63,500 nucleotides of DNA, filler included, from Rhabdomonas costata (GCA_019059605.1; 55 parts of 55 records of this genome joined end to end with filler, not necessarily neighbours in it); one strand, 5' to 3'; positions 39,835-52,645 are shown, counted from the first letter of the whole stretch. A program made the numbers and translations. The notes: generated by a model not told the origin, from the sequence alone.

Positions 39835-40002
39835 TTCCTTGGGCTGCACTCGGCCCGCAGGGACGACGTGCCAGCACCGAGCGAAGTCCACGGCGGGGCC
39901 GCGCTGGCCCAGTATCAGCATCCCATCCGCGGTGGTGGTCACCGCGTTCGCCCCAATGGCGCGGTGTCGGAACTCCTCGGGGAAGCCCTCCAGCGTAGTC
40001 CC
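39835..40002 (-). CDS. Nudix hydrolase-like exon (NUDT22-like region upstream of the Nudix box)
   Basis: GTTLEGFPEEFRHRAIGANAVTTTADGMLILGQRGPAVDFARCWHVVPAG, matching the G-x-x-A-V-x-x-T-x-D-G-x-L-I-L-x-x-R...W-x-x-x-P-x-G pattern. Confidence 0.55.
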
Positions 40003-42438
40003 TTGAAGAAGAACCACCCACCCATCTTAAAAGTAAGGGCGACCAACTTTGCTTGATAGCTCGTTACTGGTGGAAAAGCCGTAGAGTTTTAGATATTTCA
40101 GAATGCAAAAGGATTCCAAAAAAAAAGGACACAAAAGGACAGAAAGGATAGAAGAGGACCCCAAGGTCTTTGGTGCGTGCCGTAGGGACGATAAGCAAAA
40201 CTTAATCGGTTAGCAACCAAAGCATCGAAATTTTACAAGGTCTCCTACACAAAAAAGCCTAACATCTAACATTGGGACCCACCGCGCCGCCGAGTCACCG
40301 TGCACCACCCAAGCAAAGGCTTTCCACAGCCCCGTTAGAGACCAAAGAATAAACACCAAACACTAACACCCCTTCACCCCCCCACCCNNNNNNNNNNNNN
40401 NNNNNNNNNNNNNNNNNNNNNNNNNNNNNNNTTAATTAATTAANNNNNNNNNNNNNNNNNNNNNNNNNNNNNNNNNNNNNNNNNNNNTTACAGACGCTCT
40501 TTTTTTATGTCCTACCAGCACGGCATTTTCGGAAAGCTGCTTTTTTTCTCAACGTGTGGCATCAATGCCCACCAAATGCACCAGGAGTAGCGACCGGTGT
40601 GGCAGTAACTTTCTACGGCGACGACGATGCAGAGATGCCCCCCCCCCAAATGCCCTCGCCCAAATCGGCTTGGTTTGAAAGGACAAACAGCGCCCAAGGG
40701 ACTCTGTGCAAGAAACCACCCCCCGCTTTCTTCAGGGGACTTTGCAAGCGGCTGACTTTTTGTTTGGCTCGGAGGCGTTCCTTGGCCGAGAGGCAGGCAG
40801 TGTTCCCGTGGGGTCTGCGGGGTCCCTGGCCGAGGTAGTCGGATCACCTGCGGTGTGGTGGGCCGTGCCAGCCTCGGCAAGAGCGAGGGTGCAGGCTTCT
40901 CCCGCCGTGGCGAGGCTGCTACGGGAGTCCAAATCCTCGGTTTGCTGTGCGGTTTTGGGGTGGGAGGGGGTGAGAGGGTGGTGTAGTTACGGATTGGCCG
41001 CCCACCGAGGCGAAAGGGAAAGAGTGTGGTGGGGAGTTGGGCTTTTGGCTGTAGGGGTGTCTTTTTTGTAGGTAAGGAGCCGTTGAGATCTCGCAGCTTA
41101 GTTCTTTATTCATTTTCCTCTGCATAACTTGCGCAACGGCGCACCTGTTTTGATTTTCGAGCATCGTTCACTTGAATTCCGTTTACGGTGCACAAGCCCA
41201 GTTGGCACGTGTCTTGTGATGGCTTGGGGAAGCCCCGTGAAAAGCCAATGCTGGGGCTCCTTGGCCGTAATGAGTTCAGCGGAATGCTTTGTTCTCTTCC
41301 TTTACGAATACAATCGCCCATCTCGTCTTCTTTCCAATACTTCATTAATAATTCATACATACCCTTACCCACCCACAGGTGAGCCGATGAGAGCAATGAT
41401 TGCGATTGTCCAGTGTACGGATTTCGATTCCGATTCCTTCTTTTGTTCTTCCTCCTATCTTTGGCTTTCCGAAAATTTTGATTTTCTCCCTCTTTTTGCA
41501 CGTGTTGTGATCGCAGGTCCTTCAGGCGGGGATCCTTATGGGNNNNNNNNNNNNNNNNNNNNNNNNNNNNNNNNNNNNNNNNNNNNTTAATTAATTAANN
41601 NNNNNNNNNNNNNNNNNNNNNNNNNNNNNNNNNNNNNNNNNNTACACTGCAAGGTGGTGTTGGAAACGGTCAGGAAAAAGGCATAGAACAATGGGAGTGA
41701 GAGTTGTCCTCCAGAGTGCAAGGAGGCCGAGGTCACACGACACCATAAGAGGGGGTCATCTGCTTGCCCTCCAAAGGAACCCTGTGTGCTTCTTCTAACA
41801 CAGTATACGGGATGAGGGAGGATGACATTATAGCTTCGACCAAAATCCTGTTCCATGAATACAAATGACCCTCCATACAATGGACCCAGGTCCATTAGAT
41901 GGTTGGTAGGTAAGTTCAGCTCACCGATGCTCACCGGATGGGATTCTGGTGCGCAACTCCTTCCCTCTCACATCCGCACGCTCAGTGAAACAGCTTTCAC
42001 CGGCGCACTTAGGACACAGTGCAGCGGTCGTCGCCTTCCTCCATCGAGACCTCCGCCTGGGCCTGCCACTGAGACTCCGGGGCGGAGTACGGATACTCGT
42101 TGGAAGGAAAGGAGTAGCTCTTCTCCTGCAAGAAATATGAATTGAGAATTCAGCTATGGACGCTGACGAAGAACAGAACACCCACACCATCAGGGGAGCT
42201 TGGGGTTTCCCATGCCAGCGGAGGACCCACACAAAGCTTCAGAAAGGAAGTCCCTCCACGTCAGATGCTGCCTCGACGCGAACCGTAATCAAATAGAAGA
42301 CGCCTGACGTCATTCGAATCTGACTGAAAAGGGAACTCATTTACCGCAACACAAAACGAAAACAAATAAAGCACCTGCAAGTAGGGTGCATTAGAGGAAA
42401 AATCAGCTTGCACTTTGGGGCCTGGCGGTGGAACTCAC

Positions 42439-42647
42439 CTGTCCATAGATGGAGCGGGTCTCAAACTCCCGCAGCTGCCGAAGAAAGCCGCGGTTGGGCT
42501 GCACCACGGATCGCAGCTCTTGCACCTTTGCCAAGGCATCGTCCAGGCTCATCCCATAGGCCCTAATCACGTACGCAATGACCAGGCTGGCGGAGCGGCT
42601 CTTGCCCTGCATGCAGTGCACGAACACAACGCCGCCTTGGTCCAGGG
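42439..42647 (-). CDS. Dual-specificity protein phosphatase, catalytic exon
   Basis: ALDQGGVVFVHCMQGKSRSASLVIAYVI...VQPNRGFLRQL, containing HCxxGxSRS and PNxGFxxQL. Confidence 0.95.
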
Positions 42648-42796
42648 CTGGATGAAGGCCAACGGGCCCTCGAATTCGATCGCCCCCAAAACANNNNNNN
42701 NNNNNNNNNNNNNNNNNNNNNNNNNNNNNNNNNNNNNTTAATTAATTAANNNNNNNNNNNNNNNNNNNNNNNNNNNNNNNNNNNNNNNNNNNNGGG

Positions 42797-43399
42797 GTGT
42801 TGTATGGGCTTGGACGGCTCTGCTACGGAGGCAACCGCGAGGTGGTTGGCGCCCTAGAAACGGCTGTGCTGAGGTGCCACCCCGAGATGAGCCCCAGCGA
42901 TCTGTCCTGCGCTGTGGTCGGGCTAGCCCGACTGGGCAGTTTGGACATGGCAGTGTGGGAGGCTCTTGAAGTGGGCTTTTTCCGGCTTGACCTGGACAGC
43001 TATGAGGCCGTGGACGTGGAGCTGTGCGTGGAGGGCTTTGCCGCGGCCCGGCGTCGGAGCCCAGGACTGTGGGACAGGCTTCAGGCCGGGGTCGTCCGGG
43101 TTGCCCATCACTTAGACCTAGAGGGTACTGTGCGGTGTGCAAGCGGCCTTGCCCAGGCTGGAGTGCGGTCACGCACCGTTTGGGTGGCGCTGGAAGCCGC
43201 CGCTATCCGGGGAAAGGATGACCTGAGCCCTGACCTGCTTGCCTCTCTGGTGGGCGCCTTTGCCTTGGCCAAGGCGAGAAGCTGTGCATTGGCAGATATG
43301 GTAAGAGAAAATCTCGGGCTGGCCGATGGCCTGCCCCCAGAAGTTGCCAAGCACTTCCGGAAGGATGCTGAGGCTTTGCTGGGCGCAAGCCGGGAGTGA
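42797..43399 (+). CDS. Helical-repeat protein with 37-38 aa units (HPR/OPR/FASTK-like organellar RNA-binding), C-terminal part
   Basis: Units start at MSPSDL, YEAVDV, LDLEGT and LSPDLL, spaced 38, 37 and 37 aa apart, with recurring G[LF]AxxG and [VL]WxxL. Confidence 0.7.
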   Translation: MLYGLGRLCYGGNREVVGALETAVLRCHPEMSPSDLSCAVVGLARLGSLDMAVWEALEVGFFRLDLDSYEAVDVELCVEGFAAARRRSPGLWDRLQAGVVRVAHHLDLEGTVRCASGLAQAGVRSRTVWVALEAAAIRGKDDLSPDLLASLVGAFALAKARSCALADMVRENLGLADGLPPEVAKHFRKDAEALLGASRE

Positions 43400-45511
43400 G
43401 GACGGGTAAGGGCGGTGCCACTTTGACGTGACACCGAATCCTTCATATGACATGCCGGGCTTTTGTTTGTAATGTTTCCTGGATGTCAAGACCTAACTGG
43501 TGATTTCTGCAGCCAAGAGCGGGTGGTTGTTTACATATGAACGGCAATGTATTTCAGTTTTGTCACTTGCTCGAGAACGCAGCAACGACGAACGGCTCCA
43601 CCAGCTGAGACCGAAAGAGAGAAAGCCGCCAAGAGCGACAACACCGCCTTACCATGACTTGAATTGCATAGCAGCCAGCAACGCCACCTCCACTCATAAG
43701 AAAGAGCAGGAGAGTCAAGTTCTGGCCAAATGCTTAGCCAAGGTACCTATTCACAGCTGGGGCGACGGTCAATGCGAAAGAACGGGTTGCAAAGAAACCG
43801 CGGGGAAGATCTGGGCGAGGCGGAGAGGCAGCTTCAAGAGCCGGACCGCNNNNNNNNNNNNNNNNNNNNNNNNNNNNNNNNNNNNNNNNNNNNTTAATTA
43901 ATTAANNNNNNNNNNNNNNNNNNNNNNNNNNNNNNNNNNNNNNNNNNNNGTGTGTGGTTTACAATTGCGTTAAGCCCTAACCTGATCGACGGCCTTAACG
44001 CAATTGTAAAGCGCACACACCAGCACGAGCGGCGCAACGCCAAAGGAGCGATGCGGACCACAGCCTGATTCGGGTGCATCACCGAATTCTCCTGTTGCCA
44101 TGAGCAAGATTTCCGCAGCGCAACCGCTTAGAGATCGTCTGGCTCTGCCTACAGTCGCAAATTCTCCGACCGCTCATCGAGGGAGTACCCTGTGGCAGCG
44201 GCAGATGCATGTGCTGAACATTCCTGGCATCAATCTGTCGGTTTGATGCAATTCTCAGACAAGGAGCAATACTCCATGTTTGTGCACGCTCACCACATCG
44301 ACGACGATGACGACCAGGTTTCTTTTTGAGAGCCCGCTCGACGTCTCCATGCAGAGAGCACCTAAACGGCACCTAAGCGAGGGGGTCCTGGGGAGAACAC
44401 CCCACAGCGGCCCGAGTGCCGGCTCCTCTAGTTGGTGAGGAAACAACACCGGAACGAGCGGTATGGTGTTCAAAGGCAAAAGAGACGGAAAGCAGTGCAT
44501 TAAGATGAACAGTAAAAAAAAAAGGCATGAAAAGCGGCGACTAAAGAATGCCCCGTGTGTGACCCTTTCCAGTAGCATCCAAAGTTTCGCCACGGAACGA
44601 GACTCCGGCCATTTAAGCGCGACGAGGCAACTTTTGTCCCCAACCAGGCACCTGCTGACCGCCATTTCTCAGAGGAAGTCTTGGTTGTGGTAGGACCAGA
44701 GTCGCCTTTATCTTAATGCCTAATCGAGACCAGCGTGTTAGACCGTGATATGGATTCGACCTGACCCGGTGCCTGACAGTATCCGCACAGTTCCAGTGTT
44801 TACCCTTTACACCCAGCTCAGTGTGTGTCCACATACTTGGACCATGAAACGCGCCAGCTGCGCGTACACAGTGGGCCAATGGGTCGCGAGAGGGCAATGG
44901 GCTGACCAGGGGGCAAGAGAGAGAGAGAGAGAGGAGCGAACAACAGAGCGAAACATCGAAAGTGGGCGGAGAAGAGGACACGTCTCGAATGACCCCACAA
45001 AACCNNNNNNNNNNNNNNNNNNNNNNNNNNNNNNNNNNNNNNNNNNNNTTAATTAATTAANNNNNNNNNNNNNNNNNNNNNNNNNNNNNNNNNNNNNNNN
45101 NNNNTGACGCAGCCAGCTGACAACAACCGCCAGCAGAGAGAGACAATGCCGGGATAATAGCAAAACAAGAGCTGAATGCGATAGAAAGCGCAAGATCGCT
45201 CTTTCTACACTTCTTTCGTCAGAGAAGGCGGAGCAGAAATTTCTCCCCAGACCAAACCTTAATATTTATTATATTGTCCCCAAAAGAAAGATCGACTTCC
45301 TTCGACTTCCGAGCACGTTCGAATGTAGAGAGGAATAACACATGGCGGGTGATCGCGGTGAGCAGAAACAGCCAGATTGACAACCACTACCAATGAACAG
45401 AAGTGGTGGTAGCCACGATTCCCACCGCATTCCCTTTAACACGTGCCCAGTGGGTAAGCGCGCATAAGTGACATGAGGGAAGATGTGGAGAACTGGGGCG
45501 GGACTGCCCAC

Positions 45512-45696
45512 CTTCTGCACGTCCAGGTTGGCGACATTGAAGATGTTCTTGAGCTGGTGGGAGTGGTAGGCCAGGATGAACGCCCGGTAGGCGTCCCGAG
45601 CGGAGCGGTAGAGGTAGTAGTTCGTCTCGATCAGCTTTTCCAGCTTCTTCTGGATCAGCTGCGGGAGCTTATTCTCGGGATACTCCCACTCCTTCA
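45512..45696 (-). CDS. HAS1: DEAD-box RNA helicase HAS1/DDX18, C-terminal extension exon
   Basis: IQKKLEKLIETNYYLYRSARDAYRAFILAYHSHQLKNIFNVANLD is the characteristic HAS1 C-terminal region. AG/GT-bounded. Confidence 0.92.
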
Positions 45697-46881
45697 CTGG
45701 GACTGTTTTTCATAGGGGAGCGAAGGGTTGGTGGGGGCGTGGGGACTCCTGAGAGTCCGAAAGGAGCGGGCAGTATCAGGTATCAGGTCGGAACGGAGAA
45801 GAAAAGCCATGGATCAAAGAGGTCATGTGAACTTCGAAACTTCAAAACGTCGAAGTATGCATGCACCTACGGAAAAAAGGAAGCAAAAAAACGTGCACAA
45901 GAACGTGAACTGGGAACCACGCACAACGTTTTCTTTGCCAAAAAAAAAACAAAGACGCATATGTGGAGGCGAGGAGAAGCCCTGCGGTCTAAAACCCTTG
46001 GGTGCAGAGTTTAAAAAAACGGCAGGCAGAGAACACCCCGGCTGTGGGTTGTTCCAGGTTCCTACAGACAGCGACAGACATTCTTGGGGGGGGGGTTATT
46101 AATAAAGGAAAAAAAGGAAGAAGAAAAAAGAGTGACTAGGCAGAGTAGTCACACCCAACANNNNNNNNNNNNNNNNNNNNNNNNNNNNNNNNNNNNNNNN
46201 NNNNTTAATTAATTAANNNNNNNNNNNNNNNNNNNNNNNNNNNNNNNNNNNNNNNNNNNNGGTGGTTGGGCAGGAAGCCTGACGACACGCTTTGTTGCAG
46301 GCCTTCTCTGTGGCGATGACTTGGGATTGGGTGGGGCAAGCTTGGGTGCCTGGCGCTGTGGCGTGTCATTGTGCTGCTTGTTCTGCACACCTGTTGGTTT
46401 TTTGGAGCGTTCGCGGTGCTGCTGTTGTGCTGGACAACACTACGGGCATTGTGGTGAGGTTGCGCACCGTGCCCATCCAAACACACACACAGACACACCA
46501 CACACACACAAACAAACTCTTAAAACACACCCAAATGGGCGGTCCAGTCGTAGCAATTAACGGATATTGGCACCCAGCCTTAACCATTGATTTTCAAAAG
46601 CACAATAAGGACGAGGACGCCAATAAGTTACAAACTAAGAAGGTGGCGTGCGAAAAACACCTCGAAAACAAGGGCACCCATTGGAAACCGAAATACGGCT
46701 GTTTCCGACACCAACTGCACAACACCAGTCAACACACAAACACACTTCACACTATCTCACCCAACGAAAATTCCAGCAATCATTTATATTTTTGTGGCCA
46801 ATTTTTTGCCCTTTAGATTCACTCTCCCACATTCCCACCGACACATAGACCCTGCTAAAACCCCCCTGGGTCCAACCCATC

Positions 46882-47316
46882 ATGACCCAGTTACGCCAAC
46901 AATCTCAGCAAGTGGCTTCACTTGCTGGGCGACTCCAACACCTACAGGCGCAGTTCGCCTCCATTTCTTTGGGTGCCACAGCCCTCCATGACAACCTGAC
47001 TCCTGATGCTCTCCGGCTCTTGGCTGGGAATCCTCGTGTCCCCGACCACATTCAGCCATTTGTGCGTCTGCTGGAAGCCTTCGGAACCTTCGCGCTGACT
47101 GACGACCAGCAACAGATCGCTCAAGCCGCTTACGCCTCCCTGCGTGAGACCATCTTGGGGAAACATTTGTATGCTGGTTCCCCGGCACCTCCTGCCCATG
47201 GTCGCGCACCCACACGCTGGCGCTTCATCCAGCGAGACGGCAGCACCTTCTACGTCTCAAACTCGGGACGGCAGTTTGACACCATCATTATGTCTTTCGC
47301 CGCTGTCAGCGGTATC
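46882..47316 (+). CDS. Intronless ORF of unknown function, 3' partial (possibly a retroelement ORF1/gag)
   Basis: 145 open codons from ATG to the contig end, with an N-terminal coiled-coil-like segment. No family is recognised. Confidence 0.4.
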
Positions 47317-48947
47317 NNNNNNNNNNNNNNNNNNNNNNNNNNNNNNNNNNNNNNNNNNNNTTAATTAATTAANNNNNNNNNNNNNNNNNNNNNNNNNNNN
47401 NNNNNNNNNNNNNNNNGTGTTTTCGTGGGTCAGCGTGGGTTCCGTGGTGGTCATGGGGTTGTGGTGTCAGGGTTCGGCCTTCGGTTTCTCTGTTTGCGGT
47501 GCTGGGAATGGTTTCGGATTCGGGTTCGGCCTTGTGGGTTCGGGGTTCGTGGTACTTGCTGTCTCCGTTGTGCTACTGGGTTCTCTCGCTGTGTGCTGAT
47601 GCTAGGGGTGTGGATTCGAGGGTGGTGCTTGCGTCGTACGCTCCTCCTCTTTGTGTAGATGGGGTCGCTACCGCTACGCCTACGCTACATCTTTCTATCG
47701 ATCGCGGTTGACATTCACACTCCCTCTGACAAGTCCCTGTGAATGAGTCCTGACTTATTCTTTTGGGTGTGTTTGCGTTCACTCTATTGATCATTCCATC
47801 ACTTAAGGAAAATGTCGTGAGCTCTTTGTGGCGGTAAGTCCTTACTTGGAAAGTGGCAGGGATTGTCCAGGTGCACTTGATGGGTCCACGTGCAAACAGC
47901 AAACAGCGACCAACGCGTACGGAACATGAAAGAGATAAGAAGCCGGAAGACGCAAACAGGTAGAGAGCTCAAAGCGCGGGAAAGCACACTCCTGGAGGGT
48001 GCAGGAAGGAAGGGGCTTCGGCTGCTATGGGCTTCAGCAACTTCTGGCGGTATGAAGGGTTTTAATATTCAATGACCCAGAGGCCGTCCTAGAAACGGGG
48101 TTGTTGCCTGCTCTTCAGGACGACGACGAGCATCCTCCAAGCCCTGCTGACAAATCTCCGCTCGCTGGTGAAGGCGGCTGCACGATTGAGAAGTCGATGC
48201 ACTCGGAGGAGGCGGAAAGACCATTTGGTGGCATTTAGAGGGCCGCTATCATCTTTACCCCTACAATCTCTCTTTTACCCCACATCTCAGCATCAATCAT
48301 CATCTTTGCCACTCAATCTCTCATTTCTATCACACCCAGGTAAAATCATCAATTTACCATCCAATCACTCATTTACCTCTGTCGGGATTTAGGCGTATCA
48401 GGTACCCCCTCACTCCAATCACCTGGTCCTGTCACCACTTCGCGTGTTTTTTGACCCTCCCCACCAACCACCNNNNNNNNNNNNNNNNNNNNNNNNNNNN
48501 NNNNNNNNNNNNNNNNTTAATTAATTAANNNNNNNNNNNNNNNNNNNNNNNNNNNNNNNNNNNNNNNNNNNNTATCTGTGGGCAACACAGACCTGTTTCT
48601 CTGCAGCTGTGGTCCTCTCTGGAGCTAGTAATTCAACGGTGTCAAAGGTGTTCTACCTGCTCCGTCTGTGTACCAAGAAATGCTGCGATGGATATGGGAC
48701 AGACGCGACGACGCTGGACTACTCCAGTGCTGTGCCCCGTTTCGGGGCCATGGGAGACCTCAGCTCTCTTCCTCCGGGCTTCCCAGCGTCCGGTGCAGGC
48801 GCGGCATCCTCGATGGCCCGGCCTGCCAGATCAGCGGTGTGGGATCTTTTGGCAGTGTTGGCTGCAATATTGGCGATTTCCCCTCAGCTTTCCTTTCCGG
48901 CTTCTGATGTGGGGCCGTGCGCTCTTTTCTCTTTTACCACCACTCAG

Positions 48948-49484
48948 CTAATTCCTGAGTTCGATGCTGGATCTCTGCTGACGTCCCTGGACGATGTGGC
49001 GGGAAACATTTACACCACAGGTGAGTTTTTTCATCCACTGCTGCTGTCCAATGATCGCAAGGGCAAAGAAAAAACGTGGGGCACAAGCAAATGGGGCAAG
49101 GTTGTGTGCAAGTGCGTTCCTCTTGGGCAGTTTGGGTGGCGGGCGGGGCGGGGGAAGCCGGAAACCCCTTTTTATTGCGACGATGAAATTCCACTTCTCT
49201 TTAACTTGAAACCAAAACCTTCCCCGACAAACACGAAAACCACATGTCTCCCTCACCCCAGCAAGAACATGTCGCCCTAGCTTTGTTTGCTGAGTAAAGT
49301 TGCCGAGTGTGGTACAGGGAGCGAAGGAGAGTGCAGTCCTGGCACTGACCGACCCGGCACCTTGGCCTTCAGTTAAAACAATGAGATCTTTAGAGGAAGT
49401 GATTTGATCTACACCAGCGCTTGGTCGAAAGACAGGAAGCGTGTTGTTTGATTTCTTCAATGTGTCACCATTTTACTCGAGTTG

Positions 49485-49536
<52 letters not shown>

Positions 49537-49622
49537 TTGCTTCTTTGAATCCAGCGAAGGACCAGAACGGGTGCCGCTTCCTCCAAAAGGTTCTCGAGCA
49601 ACGCGACCCAGAATCCCTTCAG
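48948..49622 (+). CDS. Pumilio/PUF RNA-binding protein, start of the PUM-HD
   Basis: Exons 48948-49020 and 49555-49622 splice in phase 1 to give SLDDVAGNIYTTAKDQNGCRFLQKVLEQRDPESLQ. Confidence 0.92.
49487..49536 (+). repeat. (CT)n microsatellite in the intron pyrimidine tract
   Basis: About 25 CT units just upstream of the acceptor at 49553-49554. Confidence 0.95.
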
Positions 49623-49958
49623 GTGTCGCANNNNNNNNNNNNNNNNNNNNNNNNNNNNNNNNNNNNNNNNNNNNTTAATTAATTAANNNNNNNNNNNNNN
49701 NNNNNNNNNNNNNNNNNNNNNNNNNNNNNNTTTTTGGTGGCCCTGCCATTTGCGGCCTAGGAATGCTGAGAGGCAAAAATCGGTTTTAGTTGTTTTGGGC
49801 GAAGTCTTGACTCGATGGACACGACGCGGTGACGATAATTTGGTCTTCGGAGCTTCTTGGAACGATGCTACTATTGTATCCTCAGAGTCTGCTGTCGTTT
49901 GTTTTCCTTTCTTCAGTGGGCACGTCAGATTACCGAGGCGGTGTTTTGCTTGCGCCAG

Positions 49959-50769
49959 CCTGCACTCCTTGTGACAGTCTTTTTTGGATCCAACGATCAC
50001 GTGGCTGCCTCCTCCCGTCCTGAGTACCACGTGCCTTTGGCTGAATATGAGGCAAACCTCATGGCCATCCTCCACGCGGCATGGGCAGCAAACCGCTGCG
50101 TATCCCAGCGGGGCCTGTCTTGGCGTGTAGCTCGTTCTTTTTTGCCCCCTCGTCTGGTTGTCATTACACCGCCACCATCGGGCCGTCCTGACCGTGACCC
50201 CATGGTCTGCAGGCAATATGCAGAGACGTGCAAAAAGGTGCGCTTGCTGCAACGAATCTCTTGTTTGGTGCTAGTGATTTTATCAGTGCTTTGCTCGAAT
50301 GTGAAGCAAAGCTTGGACACTGTGTTAGCAAGTGTACCGCTACGCGCACTGATGGCCGTCTGCAATGATTATTGTTTCTGATTTTTCTGTTTCTGACCCA
50401 AGTGTTTCCAAGTATAGAAAATCTGGAAACCCGTAACCTACCGTGCCGTATTTCGAAATATTAGTTGCTACTTTACTACTGTTTACTTGATTACTTTGAC
50501 TACTTTTCTTTCGCTCACTTATATCCTTTTCAAGCGATTGTATGTGCGTGATTTTACTTCTCTGGTGAGGTTTTTCTGTCTGTTTTTTTTTGTCTTTTTG
50601 TATACATCTGGTTCTTCGTTTCCGTCTGCTATCTCCCTGCAGCCTCCCTGCTGCCCAACCGTTCGCGCTTCCCTCCGCTCACGGATGCGCACTGCTCAGG
50701 TAGCACATGACTTCGCTCGGTCGTCCGGCCATCCCGACCGAGTCACTGTCCTGGACCTGCACGAAGCAG
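49959..50769 (+). CDS. SGNH/GDSL hydrolase (IAH1-like esterase), two exons
   Basis: Exon 49959-50237 is LVTVFFGSNDH...HVPLAEYEANL...LVVITPPP...YAETCKK. The exon from 50700 is VAHDF...VTVLDLHEA. Confidence 0.88.
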
Positions 50770-50885
50770 TGGCCCCCCCCCACAANNNNNNNNNNNNNNN
50801 NNNNNNNNNNNNNNNNNNNNNNNNNNNNNTTAATTAATTAANNNNNNNNNNNNNNNNNNNNNNNNNNNNNNNNNNNNNNNNNNNN

Positions 50886-51900
50886 CTCTGCTTCAGGGAC
50901 ACCCCCCCGAAGCCCTCGGCGTTGGTTAGGACTTGGATCCGGTTCCGGAAGCTCGCGGGCACAACTTCCCTCAAGGCCAGCACAAGGGCCTCCCAAAGGA
51001 GAAGCGCCTGTGACTTTGTTAGGTTTTCCTTCAACTCTGCGTTATCAGCCTGCGGTTGGTTGTCTACGATAGACTCCACCTCTTCGAGGAACCTGTCGTC
51101 TGTGTTGAGATCCAGGACGATAGCTTGAAGCCAGCTCAGCTCCTGCAAATCGCTGTCTTTGTCTTGCGCATTGGGAAAGAGACGATCCCTGAGCCAGTCC
51201 ACAGCCTGCGGGACCAGCGGCTTGTCAAAGCTAAAGGGAGGCATGGAGAGCACTCGCTGCACAAAGACCGAGCGCATGGTGTTGAGCTGCCTCTGGAGCT
51301 TCCTGGAGTTCAGAGACAGAGAAGGACTGAGGCGGATCCACAAAACCTTCAGCATGTTGGGTGGTTCCACCTTGCACTCCGCAGAGTAGCGGCTCATCAC
51401 CGCGGAGAGCTGCTCGTTCTCTTTTCCCTGGGGAAGACAGAACCACCGAAAGCCTGGAAGCTTGCTGCTGATGTCTTTTTTCGGATCGTTCTCCTCACCC
51501 CATTAAAGATGGCGACCACCTCAGGGCATCTCAATCTACTTCCATAATAGGAGCGAAGAAGGCCTTCGAAAAGATCCTTGACGTGCCGCCACGCTTCCAA
51601 ATACTCAGGCCCAGCAATTTCAAGCACAATGGCCCGAAGACCGTCAATCTTTCTGGTTCTGGAGACCAAGCATATGCGCTCTTTCTCTGTGTTGGCATCT
51701 CTTATTAAGTCAACGGGATGCTCACAGAAGTATCGCTGAAACAGCTCACATACAAGACGGCTGATTTTGACTTTCCTCAGACCCGAGGCTGTCTCTTTTT
51801 GTTCTTTACCTTCGACAGAGGAAGGGAGCGAGGTTTCTGCAGGCTCATACTCCAAAAGCTCCTGAGAGACTTGGCAGTGCTCACCCAACTTAAACCTTGC
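50886..51900 (-). CDS. Large unknown protein, two long exons separated by a 71-nt intron
   Basis: The two overlapping ORFs join in phase 0 through GT-AG intron 51498-51428 (IFNG|GKENEQLSAVM), giving over 300 open codons. Confidence 0.65.
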
Positions 51901-52059
51901 CCTGATCTCATCAACGCTTGAGACAGCCCTCTTTCCAACACNNNNNNNNNNNNNNNNNNNNNNNNNNNNNNNNNNNNNNNNNNNNTTAATTAATTAANNN
52001 NNNNNNNNNNNNNNNNNNNNNNNNNNNNNNNNNNNNNNNNNGGGGGGTGGTCATTGCAG

Positions 52060-52645
52060 CTTTGGTTTCTGCCCAAGGAGGTGCTGCTTGGGGTGCTCAA
52101 GGAGCGGCCTGCGTTGTTTGTGACGGCCAAGCTCATCTGTAATGAGGTGGGTTTTTTTTCTCCCCTTTGTGTCGTTGGTTCCGTGGGTTATTGTACGTAC
52201 AAGCCTTCCTTTTTTTTCGGGGGGGGTGTCCCATATTGGATTGGCAAAATCTTAAAATCTGTAAGAATAGTTGGCAGACTGGGGGATTTGTCCTGGATAT
52301 GGCACGGAAAATTGCGATTCAAGTGTGTTTGAATCTGCATCGGTGGCCTTTAGGCATTTAGGGGTTCTTTCGTATGGAGGGGGTCTTAAGAATGCCAGAT
52401 CCCAGCACTTCCATCTCGTCAACCCTGCTTTCTTGGGTCCTTTGTTCCTTCGATGGCTTTTTTGGAGTTGGTTGGTTCGCTGGTTCCGGATTCAGATCCG
52501 AGCTCAGTGGCTGACCAAGCCCTCCCTCTCCGCAGTGCAGCGCCACAGCGTGCTGTTCCAGGTGCTGCCCCCGAAGCTCGCCGGCGAGTGCTACTCTGTG
52601 CTGAGGCCCCGGGTGTACGACCACTCCAGCTTTCTGACCTTGCAG
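52060..52645 (+). CDS. Probable multi-cyclic-nucleotide-binding-domain protein, two exons
   Basis: Exon 52060-52146 is LWFLPKEVLLGVLKERP..., the end of one CNBD. Exon 52496-52645 is ...LFQVL...VLRPRVYDHSSFLTLQ, the start of the next. Both are phase 0 and GT-AG. Confidence 0.55.

Noticed and set aside
51397..51500. Programmed frameshift between two overlapping minus-strand ORFs
   Set aside because: A 71-nt GT-AG intron (51498-51428) joins them in frame.
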